Below, piece after piece: positions 10,536 through 20,238 of a stretch of DNA of 64,000 nucleotides. Where the stretch lies: the NCBI GenBank assembly GCA_965200555.1, contig OZ241365.1, positions 371,719-435,718 of the forward strand, in the 5' to 3' direction. The stretch comes from Dehalococcoidia bacterium (GTDB taxonomy: Bacteria > Chloroflexota > Dehalococcoidia > UBA2979). Below the pieces are notes generated by a model that made no database searches, was not told the origin of the DNA, and worked only from the letters and a program-made list of their open reading frames with translations. The position numbers and the translations under genes are program-made. How positions within the stretch are numbered: position 1 is the stretch's first letter; every line of letters starts with the position of its first letter.

Positions 10536-12947
10536 ATGGCGGCGGCGCTCTCGCGGCTGCGTGCGCTGGGCGGCATCGCCGCCGGGGCCGCGCGCGCGCT
10601 CGCCGTCGCGAGGAGCGGGCGCTCCCACCCCGTCCTCGACGGCCGGCTCCGCGTCGGCGGCCTCGACGCGGCCGCCGAGGTGGTGCGCGACCGCCACGGC
10701 GTGCCCCACGTCGAGGCCGCCTCGGACGCGGGGGCGCTGTTCGGCCTCGGCTTCGTCCACGGCCAGGACCGCCTGTTCCAGATCGAGCTGTTCCGCCGCG
10801 CCGCCGCCGGACGGCTCGCCGAGGTCTTCGGCGCGCGCGCGCTCGGCGGCGACCGCTTCGCGCGGCGCGCCGGCTTCGCCGCCCGCGCCGATCGCGACCT
10901 CGCCGCGAGCGGGGCCGAGGCGCGCGAGCTGCTCGAGGCGTACGCCGCCGGCGTCAACGCGGCCATCGCCACGCAGCCCGCGCCGCCGCCCGAGTTCGCG
11001 TTCACGGGGACAGCGCCGGAACCCTGGAGCGCGCGCGATCCGCTGCTCGTCGCGCGGCTGCTGATGTTCGGCTTCGCCACCAACTGGGACGCCGAGCTGC
11101 AGCGCGAGCGCCTGCTGGCGGCGGCGGGGCCGGAGCGCGCGGCGCTGCTCGACGCCGCCTTCCCCCCGGACGCCGCGACGGCGACGGGCCAGCCGTACGA
11201 GGGCGCCTCGGAGCGGCTGCTGGCGGCCTACCGGGGCTTCGCCGAGGCCGGCGCGCCCGCGGGCGGGGCCTCCAACGCATGGGCCGTCGCCGGCTCGCGC
11301 ACGGCCAGCGGCGCGCCGCTGCTGGCCAGCGACCCGCACCTGCGCGCCGCCGTGCCCGGCATGTTCCACGTCGTCCACCTCGCGGGCGGGAGCCTCGACG
11401 CGATCGGCGCGGGCGTGCCGGGCGTGCCCGGCATCGTGATCGGCCACAACCGCGAGGTCGCGTGGGGCATGACCGCGGGCCTCGCCGACGTCAGCGACTG
11501 CTACGTCGAGGAGGTCGACCCCGCGCGGCCCGGCCGCTACCGCACCCCCGACGGCTGGGAGCGCGCCGAGCCGCGCGTCGAGCGCATCGAGGTGCGCGGC
11601 GGCGCGGCGGTCGAGGAGACGGTGTTCGAGACGCGCCACGGGCCGATCGTCGGCCCCGCGCTGCCGGGCGAGGATCGCGCGATCGCGCTGCGCTCGACCG
11701 CCCTCGAGGCCGGCGAGACCGTCGGGCCGCTGCTCGACGCCAACCGCGCGGCCTCGGCCGCGGCGTTCGGCGAGGCGATCGCGCGCTGGCCGGGCGCGAC
11801 CTTCAACTTCGTCTTCGCCGACCGCGGCGGCGCGATCGGCTACCGCATGTCGGGCGCCGTGCCCCGCCGCGCGCGCGGCGAGGGGCTGCTGCCGCGCGAC
11901 GGCGCCTCCTCGCCGGGCCCGCCCGACCGCCTCCCCCCCGAGGCGATGCCGGGCCTGCTCGACCCGCCCTCGGGCTTCGTCGTCTCCGCCAACCAGGCCC
12001 CCGGCGGGCCGCACGAACTGGGCGAGGAGTGGACCGAGGGCTTCCGCGCCGAGCGCATCGCCGATCTGATCGGACGCCGCGAGGGGCACACCGTGGCCTC
12101 GATGCAGGCGATCCAGCACGACCTGCACAACGCCGCGCTCGCCGCGCTGCGCGACCTGCTGATCGCGCGCGGCGCGATCCTCGACGACGAGGCGCGCGAC
12201 GTCGCCGAGGCGTGGGACGGCCAGTCGAACGCGGGCAGCGCGGGCGCGGCGATCGTGCAGACGATCTACGCCGAGGCCGCCCGCGCGCTCGTCGCCCGCG
12301 TCGCCGGCTCCGCCGCCGAACTGGCGCTGGGCCGCGGCCTCGGCGGGCCGAGCGGCGAGGAGTCGCGCTTCCACTATCGCCTCCAGCGCCGCCTCGTCGC
12401 CGCCCTCGCCGCGGCCGAGCCGCCGTGGTGCGACGACGCGGCCGACCGCGACCGCGTGCTGCGGGCGGCGGCGGAGCGCGCGCTCGGCGAGCTGCGCGAC
12501 CGCCTCGGCGGGGCGCCGCGCTCGTGGCGCTGGGGCGCGCTGCGGCGGCAGCGCCGCGCGCACCCGCTCGCGCGCGTGCCGGCGCTCGGCCGCGCCTTCT
12601 CGCTCGGCCCCTTCGCGCTGCCCGGCGACGTCAACACCGTCTGGCAGGGCGGCTACACGCTGCACCGGGGCCCCGGCGCGACGGGCGCGTTCTCGCCCTC
12701 CTACCGCCAGGTGATCGACCTCGGCCGCTGGGACCGCTCGACGTTCCAGCTGCCCGCGGGCAACTCCGGCATCCCCGGCCATCCCCGCTACGGCGACTGC
12801 GCGCGCGAGTTCCTCGCCGGCCGCCAGCGCCCCCTGCTCTTCTCGCGCGAGGCCGTGCGCGCGCACGCCGAGCACGTGCTCGCGCTCGAACCGCGCGAGG
12901 AGGCCGCGGGCGGGGCGACGGGGGGCCGGACGGAGCAGCGCCCGTGA
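10536..12947 (+). CDS. Penicillin acylase family Ntn hydrolase
   Basis: VRDRHGVPHV, GFVHGQDRLFQ, GASNAWAVAGSRTASGAPLLASDPHL, GNSGIPGHPRY. Confidence 0.95.
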   Translation: MAAALSRLRALGGIAAGAARALAVARSGRSHPVLDGRLRVGGLDAAAEVVRDRHGVPHVEAASDAGALFGLGFVHGQDRLFQIELFRRAAAGRLAEVFGARALGGDRFARRAGFAARADRDLAASGAEARELLEAYAAGVNAAIATQPAPPPEFAFTGTAPEPWSARDPLLVARLLMFGFATNWDAELQRERLLAAAGPERAALLDAAFPPDAATATGQPYEGASERLLAAYRGFAEAGAPAGGASNAWAVAGSRTASGAPLLASDPHLRAAVPGMFHVVHLAGGSLDAIGAGVPGVPGIVIGHNREVAWGMTAGLADVSDCYVEEVDPARPGRYRTPDGWERAEPRVERIEVRGGAAVEETVFETRHGPIVGPALPGEDRAIALRSTALEAGETVGPLLDANRAASAAAFGEAIARWPGATFNFVFADRGGAIGYRMSGAVPRRARGEGLLPRDGASSPGPPDRLPPEAMPGLLDPPSGFVVSANQAPGGPHELGEEWTEGFRAERIADLIGRREGHTVASMQAIQHDLHNAALAALRDLLIARGAILDDEARDVAEAWDGQSNAGSAGAAIVQTIYAEAARALVARVAGSAAELALGRGLGGPSGEESRFHYRLQRRLVAALAAAEPPWCDDAADRDRVLRAAAERALGELRDRLGGAPRSWRWGALRRQRRAHPLARVPALGRAFSLGPFALPGDVNTVWQGGYTLHRGPGATGAFSPSYRQVIDLGRWDRSTFQLPAGNSGIPGHPRYGDCAREFLAGRQRPLLFSREAVRAHAEHVLALEPREEAAGGATGGRTEQRP

Positions 12948-13987
12948 GCGGGAGCGAGGGCGGCCTCGAACGGCGGCTGGAGCGCTACCGCCCGCTCGTC
13001 GAGGCCGAGATGCGCGCCGTTGTCGGCGGCGACCCCTCGCCGCTGTTCGCGTGGATGCGCCACCACCTCGGCTGGGAGGACGGCGAGGGGCGCGCCGCGG
13101 GCGGCGGCCCCGGCAAGATGCTGCGCCCCGCGGCGCTGCTGCTCGCAGCCGAGGCCTGCGGCGGCGACGCCGCGCGCGCGCTCCCCGCCGCCGCCGCCGT
13201 CGAGCTGGTGCACGGCTTCTCGCTGCTCCACGACGACATCGAGGACGGCAGCGAGCTGCGGCGCGGGCGGCCCGCGCTGTGGACGTTCGCCGGCGTCGCG
13301 CAGGCCATCAACACCGGCGACGGCATGTTCGCCCTCGCCCGCCTCGCCATGCACCGCCTGCCCGCCGCAGGCGCGCCGCCCGCCGCCGCCCTCGCCGCGA
13401 TGGAGGAGCTCGACCGCGCCTGCCTGCGCCTCGTCGAGGGCCAGCACCTCGACATCGCCTTCGAGTCGCGCCCCCGCGTCGGGCGCGAGGAGTACCTCGC
13501 GATGGTCGAGGGCAAGACGGCGGCCCTGTTCGCGGCCTCGGCCGGCATCGGCGCGCTGCTCGCCGGAGCGCCGCGCGAGCGCGCCGAGGCGCTGCGCGAG
13601 TGGGGGAGGCAGACCGGGCTGGCGTTCCAGGCCGCCGACGACCTGCTGGGCGTCCGCGGCGACCCGGCGGCGACGGGCAAGCCGGCCGGCGACGACCTCG
13701 CGGCGCGCAAGCAGACCTGGCCCGTCATCGCCGCGCTCGCCTCGGGGCGCGCGCCGCGCCTCGAGGCGGCCTACGCCGCGGCGGGCGGGGAGGGGGCCGC
13801 CGCGCCGCCGGACGCCGAGGCGCTGGCCGCCGAGATCGAGGCGGCGGGCGGCCTCGCCGCCACCGAGGCGCTGGCCCGCGAGCGCCTCGCCGCCGCCCGC
13901 GCCGCCCTCGGCGCGGCGGGCCTCGCCCCCGGCGCGCGCGAGGCCTTCGAGCAGTTCGCCGCCCTCGCCGCGCAGCGCGAGGCGTGA
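12944..13987 (+). CDS. Polyprenyl diphosphate (GGPP-type) synthase
   Basis: GTG overlapping the upstream stop; GKMLRP, SLLHDDIED...RRGRP, GKTA, FQAADD. Confidence 0.93.
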   Translation: MSGSEGGLERRLERYRPLVEAEMRAVVGGDPSPLFAWMRHHLGWEDGEGRAAGGGPGKMLRPAALLLAAEACGGDAARALPAAAAVELVHGFSLLHDDIEDGSELRRGRPALWTFAGVAQAINTGDGMFALARLAMHRLPAAGAPPAAALAAMEELDRACLRLVEGQHLDIAFESRPRVGREEYLAMVEGKTAALFAASAGIGALLAGAPRERAEALREWGRQTGLAFQAADDLLGVRGDPAATGKPAGDDLAARKQTWPVIAALASGRAPRLEAAYAAAGGEGAAAPPDAEALAAEIEAAGGLAATEALARERLAAARAALGAAGLAPGAREAFEQFAALAAQREA

Positions 13988-14258
13988 GGGGGGCAGCGAC
14001 ATAACTAAGTGCCGCAGCGCGATTCCACCGTCGCGAGGATCCGGTCGGGGGCTATAGCGTTCGCCTTACGAGCGAGGGAGCAACGACGTTGCGCCAACCA
14101 AGGTCAAGCCTCGCATGTGAGCGGACGACGCGACCGGCGCCTCGCGGAGGAAGCCGCCGAGACGGCGCGCATCTGGCTGTCGTCCCGTGTCGAGCGACGC
14201 ATTGAGAGCGCGCGAAGACACGCCGTTTACCGGAGCCGGAGGATGACACAGGCTCCCA

Positions 14259-14675
14259 TCAGTCATTCCTCGGCGTGCACGACGCCGACCAGCGCGCCGT
14301 TCGCATCGCGATCACGTTCAGCGCGTATTTGCCGCCGTTGACGCGGACGATCGCGCTGCCCTCGGCACTCACGGCTTCCGCGTAGGGGATTAGCTGCGCG
14401 CGAGTGGTCAGCTCGCGGGTGCGCGTGTCGCGGTGGATCGGCTCGCTGTCGCTGAAAATCTCGATGCGCGCAAGGGCGCCGCCGCCGCCGAACTGGTCGC
14501 GGTAGTTGTCGCTGAGCCGTGCTCGGCAGGTGTACCCGCCACGGGCGAGCTCGATGACGCGCCATTCCTCGCCGGTACCCTCCCAGCGGAGCGCATCGCC
14601 ACCGCCACCGCCGTCGCAGGCCGCGACGATCAGAACGAGCCCCACGGTCACCACGATGGCCAGCTTGGTCATCAT
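14259..14675 (-). CDS. Putative lipoprotein
   Basis: MMTKLAIVVTVGLVLIVAAC lipobox-like signal peptide; ATG overlaps the stop of the upstream peptide. Confidence 0.65.
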   Translation of the reverse strand: MMTKLAIVVTVGLVLIVAACDGGGGGDALRWEGTGEEWRVIELARGGYTCRARLSDNYRDQFGGGGALARIEIFSDSEPIHRDTRTRELTTRAQLIPYAEAVSAEGSAIVRVNGGKYALNVIAMRTARWSASCTPRND

Positions 14676-14773
14676 CGGGCATCCCGCAGGCGGATCGTGG
14701 CCTCCGCCACCGCCGTCGCGAACACCACGCCCGCGAGCCAGCCCGCCATCGCCATCACTCCGGGGCCGTCCAT
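14672..14773 (-). CDS. Small hydrophobic peptide (33 aa)
   Basis: GAGGAGG RBS; MDGPGVMAMAGWLAGVVFATAVAEATIRLRDAR; translationally coupled to the lipoprotein; below the ORF-track cutoff. Confidence 0.45.
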   Translation of the reverse strand: MDGPGVMAMAGWLAGVVFATAVAEATIRLRDAR

Positions 14774-14986
14774 CCCTCGTCCTCCTCACGCGAGGGCGAT
14801 ACTAGCCCGTGCGCCCATCTATCTCTCGCCTCACGCGGGGCGATGCTAGCCCCGCGTGCCCGCTAACCGACACCCTCGGCTTCGGGCTCGTCGCCCGACG
14901 GAACAGGGTTGCCCGCTGGTGCCGAGGCCGACTGCCGCCACCGCCGAGCAGGGGCAGGATTGGGGTCCAAGCACCTCGCAGGCGGA

Positions 14987-15014
14987 ACTTCGCACTATTC
15001 GGGTTATGTTGCGG
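14987..15014 (+). other. dif-like XerC/XerD site
   Basis: ACTTCGCACTA-TTCGGG-TTATGTTGCGG has 11-6-11 architecture resembling dif/pdif. Confidence 0.45.
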
Positions 15015-15077
15015 ATGCTCGCGCCCTCGCGCAAGTCCTCTTGTAGCCCTGATCGCGGTCTCGCGCAAGCGAGGCGC

Positions 15078-15296
15078 CTACCCCCCGGCGTCGTCCTCGC
15101 CGTCCTTCGCCGCCGCGCGGCGCGCCAGGTCAAGCATCTCCTTCTCGCGCGCCTCGCGCTCGCGGTCCTTCTTGTCAAACGAGTAGCCGATGGCGAGGCC
15201 GCCAACCAGCACCACGCCGATCATGAACAACAGAAGGGCGAAGGTGAAGCGCCAGTCGACGCCGCTGCTCGTCTGTAGCACCCACCAGTCAAGCAT
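15078..15296 (-). CDS. Small single-pass membrane protein
   Basis: FTFALLLFMIGVVLVGGLAIGY TM segment followed by a charged tail. Confidence 0.65.
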   Translation of the reverse strand: MLDWWVLQTSSGVDWRFTFALLLFMIGVVLVGGLAIGYSFDKKDREREAREKEMLDLARRAAAKDGEDDAGG

Positions 15297-15401
15297 CGCC
15301 TCGCCCCTATCACGCGGGGCGAGGCTAGCACGCGCGCGTGCTAGCCGACACCTTCGCCAGCCTGCTCTTCGGGCACGTCCGCCACGGCGGACGCCATCGA
15401 T

Positions 15402-15430
15402 TTGACTCGACAGAACGAGTGTGCTAGTCT
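15402..15430 (+). promoter_or_regulatory. Sigma70-type promoter
   Basis: TTGACT-N17-TAGTCT with extended TGn, upstream of ORF 15479. Confidence 0.6.
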
Positions 15431-15478
15431 GCTTCGCGGCAGTCCAGACTCTGCCACGTTGGACACAGGAGGCGAATA

Positions 15479-15679
15479 ATGGCCGGAGAAAGGGAGCGCG
15501 CCCGTGAAGCGGCGCGGCTCGTCTTGGACGAACTGATCAGTAACAACCCGGTGCGTGAACTCTTGGAGGAACTGATCGCCGCCGGATGGCGGTCGGGCTA
15601 TTCGGCGGGTCTCGAGGATGGCCGCCACGAAATCGAAGTGAAGTTCGTCGCTCCGCCGAAGGACAAGGACACGGACTAG
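15479..15679 (+). CDS. Small hypothetical protein (66 aa)
   Basis: AGGAGG RBS and its own promoter; lower GC. Confidence 0.65.
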   Translation: MAGERERAREAARLVLDELISNNPVRELLEELIAAGWRSGYSAGLEDGRHEIEVKFVAPPKDKDTD

Positions 15680-15807
15680 ATCAGCAGGCGCGGGCCGCGC
15701 GGAGCGCGCGGCGGGGACGCTGGCGCGGGCGATGGTAGACTACGCGGCGCGATCGCCCACCGGCGCCGCGTCCGGCGCGAGCGGACGGACTGCAAGGAGC
15801 ACCGGGC

Positions 15808-17079
15808 ATGAACTCCAGCACCGCGCGCGCTGCGCTCGTGGGCGCGCTGTCCGCCGTCATCGCCGTACTGCTCGTCGCGGCCGGCTTCCTCGGCCGCGTC
15901 GCCCTCGAGGGCGGCGGCGGCTCCGGCGCCGCCTCGCCCGCGGCGTCCGAGGCGCGGCCCGCCGCCGCTTCCGCCTCCGGCGGCGACGGCATCGGCTACG
16001 AGCTGCTCGACGAGATCGTCGAGGTGCTCGAGGGCGAGTTCGTCGAGCCCGACCGCATCGACCGCGAGCTGCTGTACGAGGGCGCCATCAACGGGCTGTT
16101 CCAGGCGCTCGGCGACCCGCACTCGCTCTACATCGACCCCCAGACCTACGCCGTCTCGCGCGACGACTTCAGCGGGGCCTTCGAGGGCATCGGCGCCACG
16201 GTCTCGCGGCAGGACGAGTACGTCGTGATCGTGCAGCCGCTGCCCGACACGCCCGCCGAGCGCGCCGGCGTCCGCGCCGGCGACCTCATCCTCGCCGTCG
16301 ACGGCGAGGACGCCCAGGGCTGGAGCGTCGAGCAGGCCGTGCTCCGCATCCGCGGCCAGCGCGGCACCGAGGTCGTGCTCACCGTCCGCCACAGCGACGG
16401 CTCCGAGGAGACGATCCCGATCGTGCGCGACAACATCCTCGTCGCCTCCATCACCGCCGCCCCGCCCGGCGGCGTCCTCCGCGACGCCGCCGGCGAGGCC
16501 GTCACGAATATCGGTTATGTCCGTATCCGCAACTTCACGGCGCGCACCCCGCAGGAGCTGGGCGACCTCGTGCGCCAGCTGGAGGAGGACGGCGCCGCCG
16601 CCATCATCCTCGACGTGCGGGGCAACCCCGGCGGGCTGCTGGTCGAGACGGCGCAGACCACCGACCTCTTCCTCGACGAGGGCGTGATCCTCGTGCAGGT
16701 GGGGCGAGGGGGACGGGAGACGGTGTTCAACGCGCAGCAGGGGATGGCCACGTCGCTGCCGCTGGCGGTCGTGCAGGACGAGTTCTCGGCCTCGGGCTCC
16801 GAGGTGCTGGCGGCGGCCATCCAGGAGAACGGACGCGGCATCGTCGTCGGCGCGACCTCGTTCGGCAAGGGCACCGTCAACCAGGCGCGCGACCTCAGCA
16901 ACGGCGGCGCCGTCTACGTCTCGATCGCCCGCTGGCTGACGCCCGACCGCAACCTGATCGAGGGCCGCGGCGTCATTCCCGACGTCGAGGTCGCGCTCAC
17001 CGCCGAGGACATCGAGGAGCGCCGCGACGTCGCCGTCCACCGCGCGATCGAGGCGCTGCGCGCGCTGATCGCTCCCTGA
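15808..17079 (+). CDS. ctpA: Carboxyl-terminal processing protease, S41A with PDZ domain
   Basis: LGDPHSLY, FEGIG, ILDVRGNPGG, SASGSE, SFGKGTV. Confidence 0.95.
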   Translation: MNSSTARAALVGALSAVIAVLLVAAGFLGRVALEGGGGSGAASPAASEARPAAASASGGDGIGYELLDEIVEVLEGEFVEPDRIDRELLYEGAINGLFQALGDPHSLYIDPQTYAVSRDDFSGAFEGIGATVSRQDEYVVIVQPLPDTPAERAGVRAGDLILAVDGEDAQGWSVEQAVLRIRGQRGTEVVLTVRHSDGSEETIPIVRDNILVASITAAPPGGVLRDAAGEAVTNIGYVRIRNFTARTPQELGDLVRQLEEDGAAAIILDVRGNPGGLLVETAQTTDLFLDEGVILVQVGRGGRETVFNAQQGMATSLPLAVVQDEFSASGSEVLAAAIQENGRGIVVGATSFGKGTVNQARDLSNGGAVYVSIARWLTPDRNLIEGRGVIPDVEVALTAEDIEERRDVAVHRAIEALRALIAP

Positions 17080-17201
17080 CCCGCGCGGCGCGCCGGGGGC
17101 GGCGCCCTGCCCGCCCGCGGCCGGGACGCCTCGATCCGGCGGCGCTCCTCGATATTATGTAGACGGCTCCCGCGGGCTGCGGGCGGAGCGAGGCGGCGGC
17201 G

Positions 17202-17684
17202 ATGGCCAAGCGCAAGAAGGCGGCGCCTCGCGGCGAAGGGGCCGTCGCCACCAACCGCCGCGCCCGCTACGACTACGACATCGAGGACAGCCACGAGGCC
17301 GGCATCGTGCTCACCGGCTCCGAGATCAAGTCGATCCGCGCCGGACGCGCCAACATCGCCGAGGGCTTCGCCCGCTTTCGCGACGGCGAGTTGTGGCTCT
17401 ATAATGTCCATGTCGCTCCCTACGCGCCGGCGGGCGAGAGCCACGATCCGGTGCGGGCGCGGAAGCTGCTGCTGCATCGCGGCGAGCTCGAGCGTCTGGA
17501 GCGGGCGCTGCGCGAGCAGCCGGGGATGACCGTCGTCCCGCTGCGGCTCTACCTGACCCGCGGCATGGCGAAGGTCGAGATCGGCCTGGCGCGCGGCCGC
17601 CGCCGCTACGACAAGCGGCAGGCGATCGCGAAGCGCGAGGCCGAGCGGACGATGCGGCGTGCGCTGCGGCGCGACGCACGCTAG
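17202..17684 (+). CDS. smpB: SsrA-binding protein
   Basis: NRRARYDY, EAGIVLTGSEIKSIR, RKLLLHR, YDKRQAI. Confidence 0.98.
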   Translation: MAKRKKAAPRGEGAVATNRRARYDYDIEDSHEAGIVLTGSEIKSIRAGRANIAEGFARFRDGELWLYNVHVAPYAPAGESHDPVRARKLLLHRGELERLERALREQPGMTVVPLRLYLTRGMAKVEIGLARGRRRYDKRQAIAKREAERTMRRALRRDAR

Positions 17685-17731
17685 TCCGCTCCGGCGGCGG
17701 ACGCGGCGCCCCCTCGGGGGGCAGGCAACGT

Positions 17732-18087
17732 GGGGACGAAAGGAGTCGACAGCGGCCGACGGATACGGTTTGCGGGTCGAGGACGCCGCCCATCCTCGTA
17801 AATCCGGGTGGCAAACAGTAACCGGCGACAACGAACTCGCCCTCGCCGCCTAGGCGGTGACGTCGCCCCCGGTTCCCGTCCGGCGAGCCGGGGAGCGGCG
17901 ACGAAATGCCGGACCGCAACCGCGAGCGCGCGCCTCGGGCGCCGCGGCCAAGACCACCGGGGCTGGCCGGTCGCCTCCCTCGTCGGCGCAGGGAGATCGG
18001 CGAGACTACCCGCACCGACTACGCCCGTAGCAGATCCGTGACGGAGGTTCGCTGGACGGGGAGTTCAATTCTCCCCCGTCTCCACCA
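17732..18087 (+). ncRNA. ssrA: tmRNA
   Basis: 5' GGGGACG pairs with 3' CGTCTCC-ACCA; T-arm GGGAGTTCAATTCTCCC; tag ORF GDNELALAA* (17824-17853); adjacent to smpB. Confidence 0.96.
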
Positions 18088-18175
18088 CACCGACCTGTCA
18101 CCTCCCTCGCAGCGCGCCGTCCGCGCCGCGATGCGAGGGATGTGACAGGCCCAACCCACCGCCGAGGCCGCCACG

Positions 18176-19057
18176 ATGCCCGACGCCCCCGACGCCGACG
18201 AGACGCGCTCCCTCGCCGCGGCGATCACCGCCGGCTTCCGCGACGGCAGCCTCGACCTGGCGGGCCGCGCGGGCGCGCCGGCGCCCGGCTGGGACGCCAT
18301 GCCCGAGTTCCGCGCCGTCGCGGCGATGCGGCGCGCGGGCGCGAGCGGCCTCGACGTGCGGCTCGCGCTCACCTTCGGCGCGGCCATGGATCGCGCGCGC
18401 GACTCCGATCGGCTGTGGGACGCCGTCGCCGCGTTCTTCGCCGCCCGCCGCTGGGCGTTCAGCCCCGAGGAGGTCTCGCGCCGCCCGTTCGCCGAGCTGT
18501 GCGCGGCGCTGAAGGCCTCGGGCGTCAGCCAGCGGCACGGCGAAGACTGCGGGGCGTGGCGCACGATCGCCGCGTCGCTGCTCGACCCCGCCTCGCCCGA
18601 AGCCGTGCGCCGCGCCGTGTTCGAGGCCGAGGGCGACGCGCGCGAGCTCGTGTCCGCGGCGCAGCGCGGGCGGTGGTTCCCGCTGCTGCGCGGGCCGAAG
18701 ATATCGGTGATGTGGGTGCGGATGCTGGCGGCGCCGGGCGGCGCCGCCGTCGCGAACCTCGATGCGCTGCCGGTCGCGGTGGACACGCAGGTGCGGAAGG
18801 TCACGGAGCACCTCGGCGTGATCCCGCGCGCCCGCGACGAGCGCGCCGTCTCCCGCGAGGCCGTGCAGCGGGCGTGGCGCGACGCGGCGGACGCCGCCGC
18901 GGGGCCGCCCGCCCTCGCGGGCACGGGGGCGGCGCTCGACCCCGCGCTGTGGTTCTTCGGCAAGTGGGGCTGCACGTTCTGCGTGGACGCGGGGCGGCGG
19001 ATGCCGATCGCCGGCGTCTGCCGCGCCCGCTGCCGCCTCGGCGCGCGCGAGGCGTAG
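18176..19057 (+). CDS. HhH-GPD superfamily DNA glycosylase/lyase-like protein
   Basis: LRGPKISVMWVR (HhH-like), LPVAVDTQVRKVT (catalytic Asp), C-terminal Cys cluster. Confidence 0.7.
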   Translation: MPDAPDADETRSLAAAITAGFRDGSLDLAGRAGAPAPGWDAMPEFRAVAAMRRAGASGLDVRLALTFGAAMDRARDSDRLWDAVAAFFAARRWAFSPEEVSRRPFAELCAALKASGVSQRHGEDCGAWRTIAASLLDPASPEAVRRAVFEAEGDARELVSAAQRGRWFPLLRGPKISVMWVRMLAAPGGAAVANLDALPVAVDTQVRKVTEHLGVIPRARDERAVSREAVQRAWRDAADAAAGPPALAGTGAALDPALWFFGKWGCTFCVDAGRRMPIAGVCRARCRLGAREA

Positions 19058-19087
19058 CCGCCGCCCGCCGCCCGCGCCGTCCTCGCG

Positions 19088-20212
19088 ATGCGGCGCGGCG
19101 GCGCCTTTGCTACCGTCGGGGGCGCGCGAGGGGAGCGGCGTACGCGCGTCACCGCCACCTACGACCCCGGCGGCACGATGGGCGGCGCCGCCGGCTGGGC
19201 CGCCCGGCGCGAGGCGCTGGGCTACGACGCGCTCTACTTTCCCGAGGCCGCGCACGACCCCTTCACGGCGCTCGCGCTGGCGGTGGAGCGCACCTCGAGG
19301 GTGCGCGTCGGCACAGGCGTCGCGATCGCGTTCGCGCGCTCGCCCTACGTCACGGCCGGCCTCGGCTGGGACCTGCAGGAGCACTCGCGGGGACGGCTGC
19401 TGCTCGGCCTCGGCGCGCAGACGCGGGCCCACAACGAGCGGCGCTTCTCCGTGCCCTGGGGCCCGCCCGCGCCGCGGCTGCGCGAGTACGTCGCGGCGAT
19501 GCGCGCCGTCTGGCGCGCCTGGCGCACCGGCGAGCGCCCCCGCTTCGAGGGCGAGCACTACCGCTACACCCTCGACTCGTGGCGCTTCAACCCCGGCCCC
19601 ATCGACTGGCCCGACCCGCCGATCGCGCTCGCCGCGGGGGGGCCGCGCCTCACCCGCCTCGCCGCCGAGGCCGCCGACGGCGTGCTGTGGCCGATGCTGG
19701 GCCGCGCCCGGCGCGACGGGGCGCTGCTGCCCGCGTTCGAGGCAGGCGCGCGCGCCGCCGGCAAGGACCCGCGAGGCCTCGTCGTGGCGGGCGGCAGCCT
19801 CGTCGTCACCGCGCGGGACGAGGCGCGCCTCGGGGCGGCGCTCGGCGAGGCGCGCCGCGCCATCGCCTTCCACGCCTCCACGCCCGAGCACCGCGCCGGC
19901 GCCGAGGCCGCCGGCTTCGGCGACGAGGCGGCGATGCTGCACCGCCTCTCCCGCGATGGGCGCTGGGCGGAGATGCCGAAGCTCGTCGGCGACGACTTCG
20001 TCGAGGCGTTCGCGGTCGTCGCGACCTGGGACGAGCTGCCCGCGCGCATGGCCGAACGGCACGCCGGCGTCAACACCGAGGTCGCCTTCCCCGCCGACGT
20101 CGACACGCCCGGGGACGAGGAGCACGCGCGCGAGGTGATCGCGCGCCTGCGCGCCATCCCCGCCCGGGGCGAGACCGGCGGCGAGGCGGCGCCCGCCGCT
20201 GGCGGCGGGTAG
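19088..20212 (+). CDS. LLM-class (F420-dependent) oxidoreductase
   Basis: EAAHDPF, GTGVAIAFARSP, GRLLLGLGAQTRAHNERRFS. Start uncertain; a GGAG-preceded ACG near 19142 may be the original start. Confidence 0.9.
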   Translation: MRRGGAFATVGGARGERRTRVTATYDPGGTMGGAAGWAARREALGYDALYFPEAAHDPFTALALAVERTSRVRVGTGVAIAFARSPYVTAGLGWDLQEHSRGRLLLGLGAQTRAHNERRFSVPWGPPAPRLREYVAAMRAVWRAWRTGERPRFEGEHYRYTLDSWRFNPGPIDWPDPPIALAAGGPRLTRLAAEAADGVLWPMLGRARRDGALLPAFEAGARAAGKDPRGLVVAGGSLVVTARDEARLGAALGEARRAIAFHASTPEHRAGAEAAGFGDEAAMLHRLSRDGRWAEMPKLVGDDFVEAFAVVATWDELPARMAERHAGVNTEVAFPADVDTPGDEEHAREVIARLRAIPARGETGGEAAPAAGGG

Positions 20213-20238
20213 CGGCGGGCTGCCTCGCCCCGTGTCCG

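Noticed and set aside
9788-13987. 1399-aa ORF and many other long Arg/Ala/Pro-rich ORFs (e.g. 18098-21844, 23809-27156, 60172-63990)
   Set aside because: Shadow frames caused by stop-codon scarcity at very high GC; they overlap well-supported genes. Only 12944-13987 of this ORF is real.
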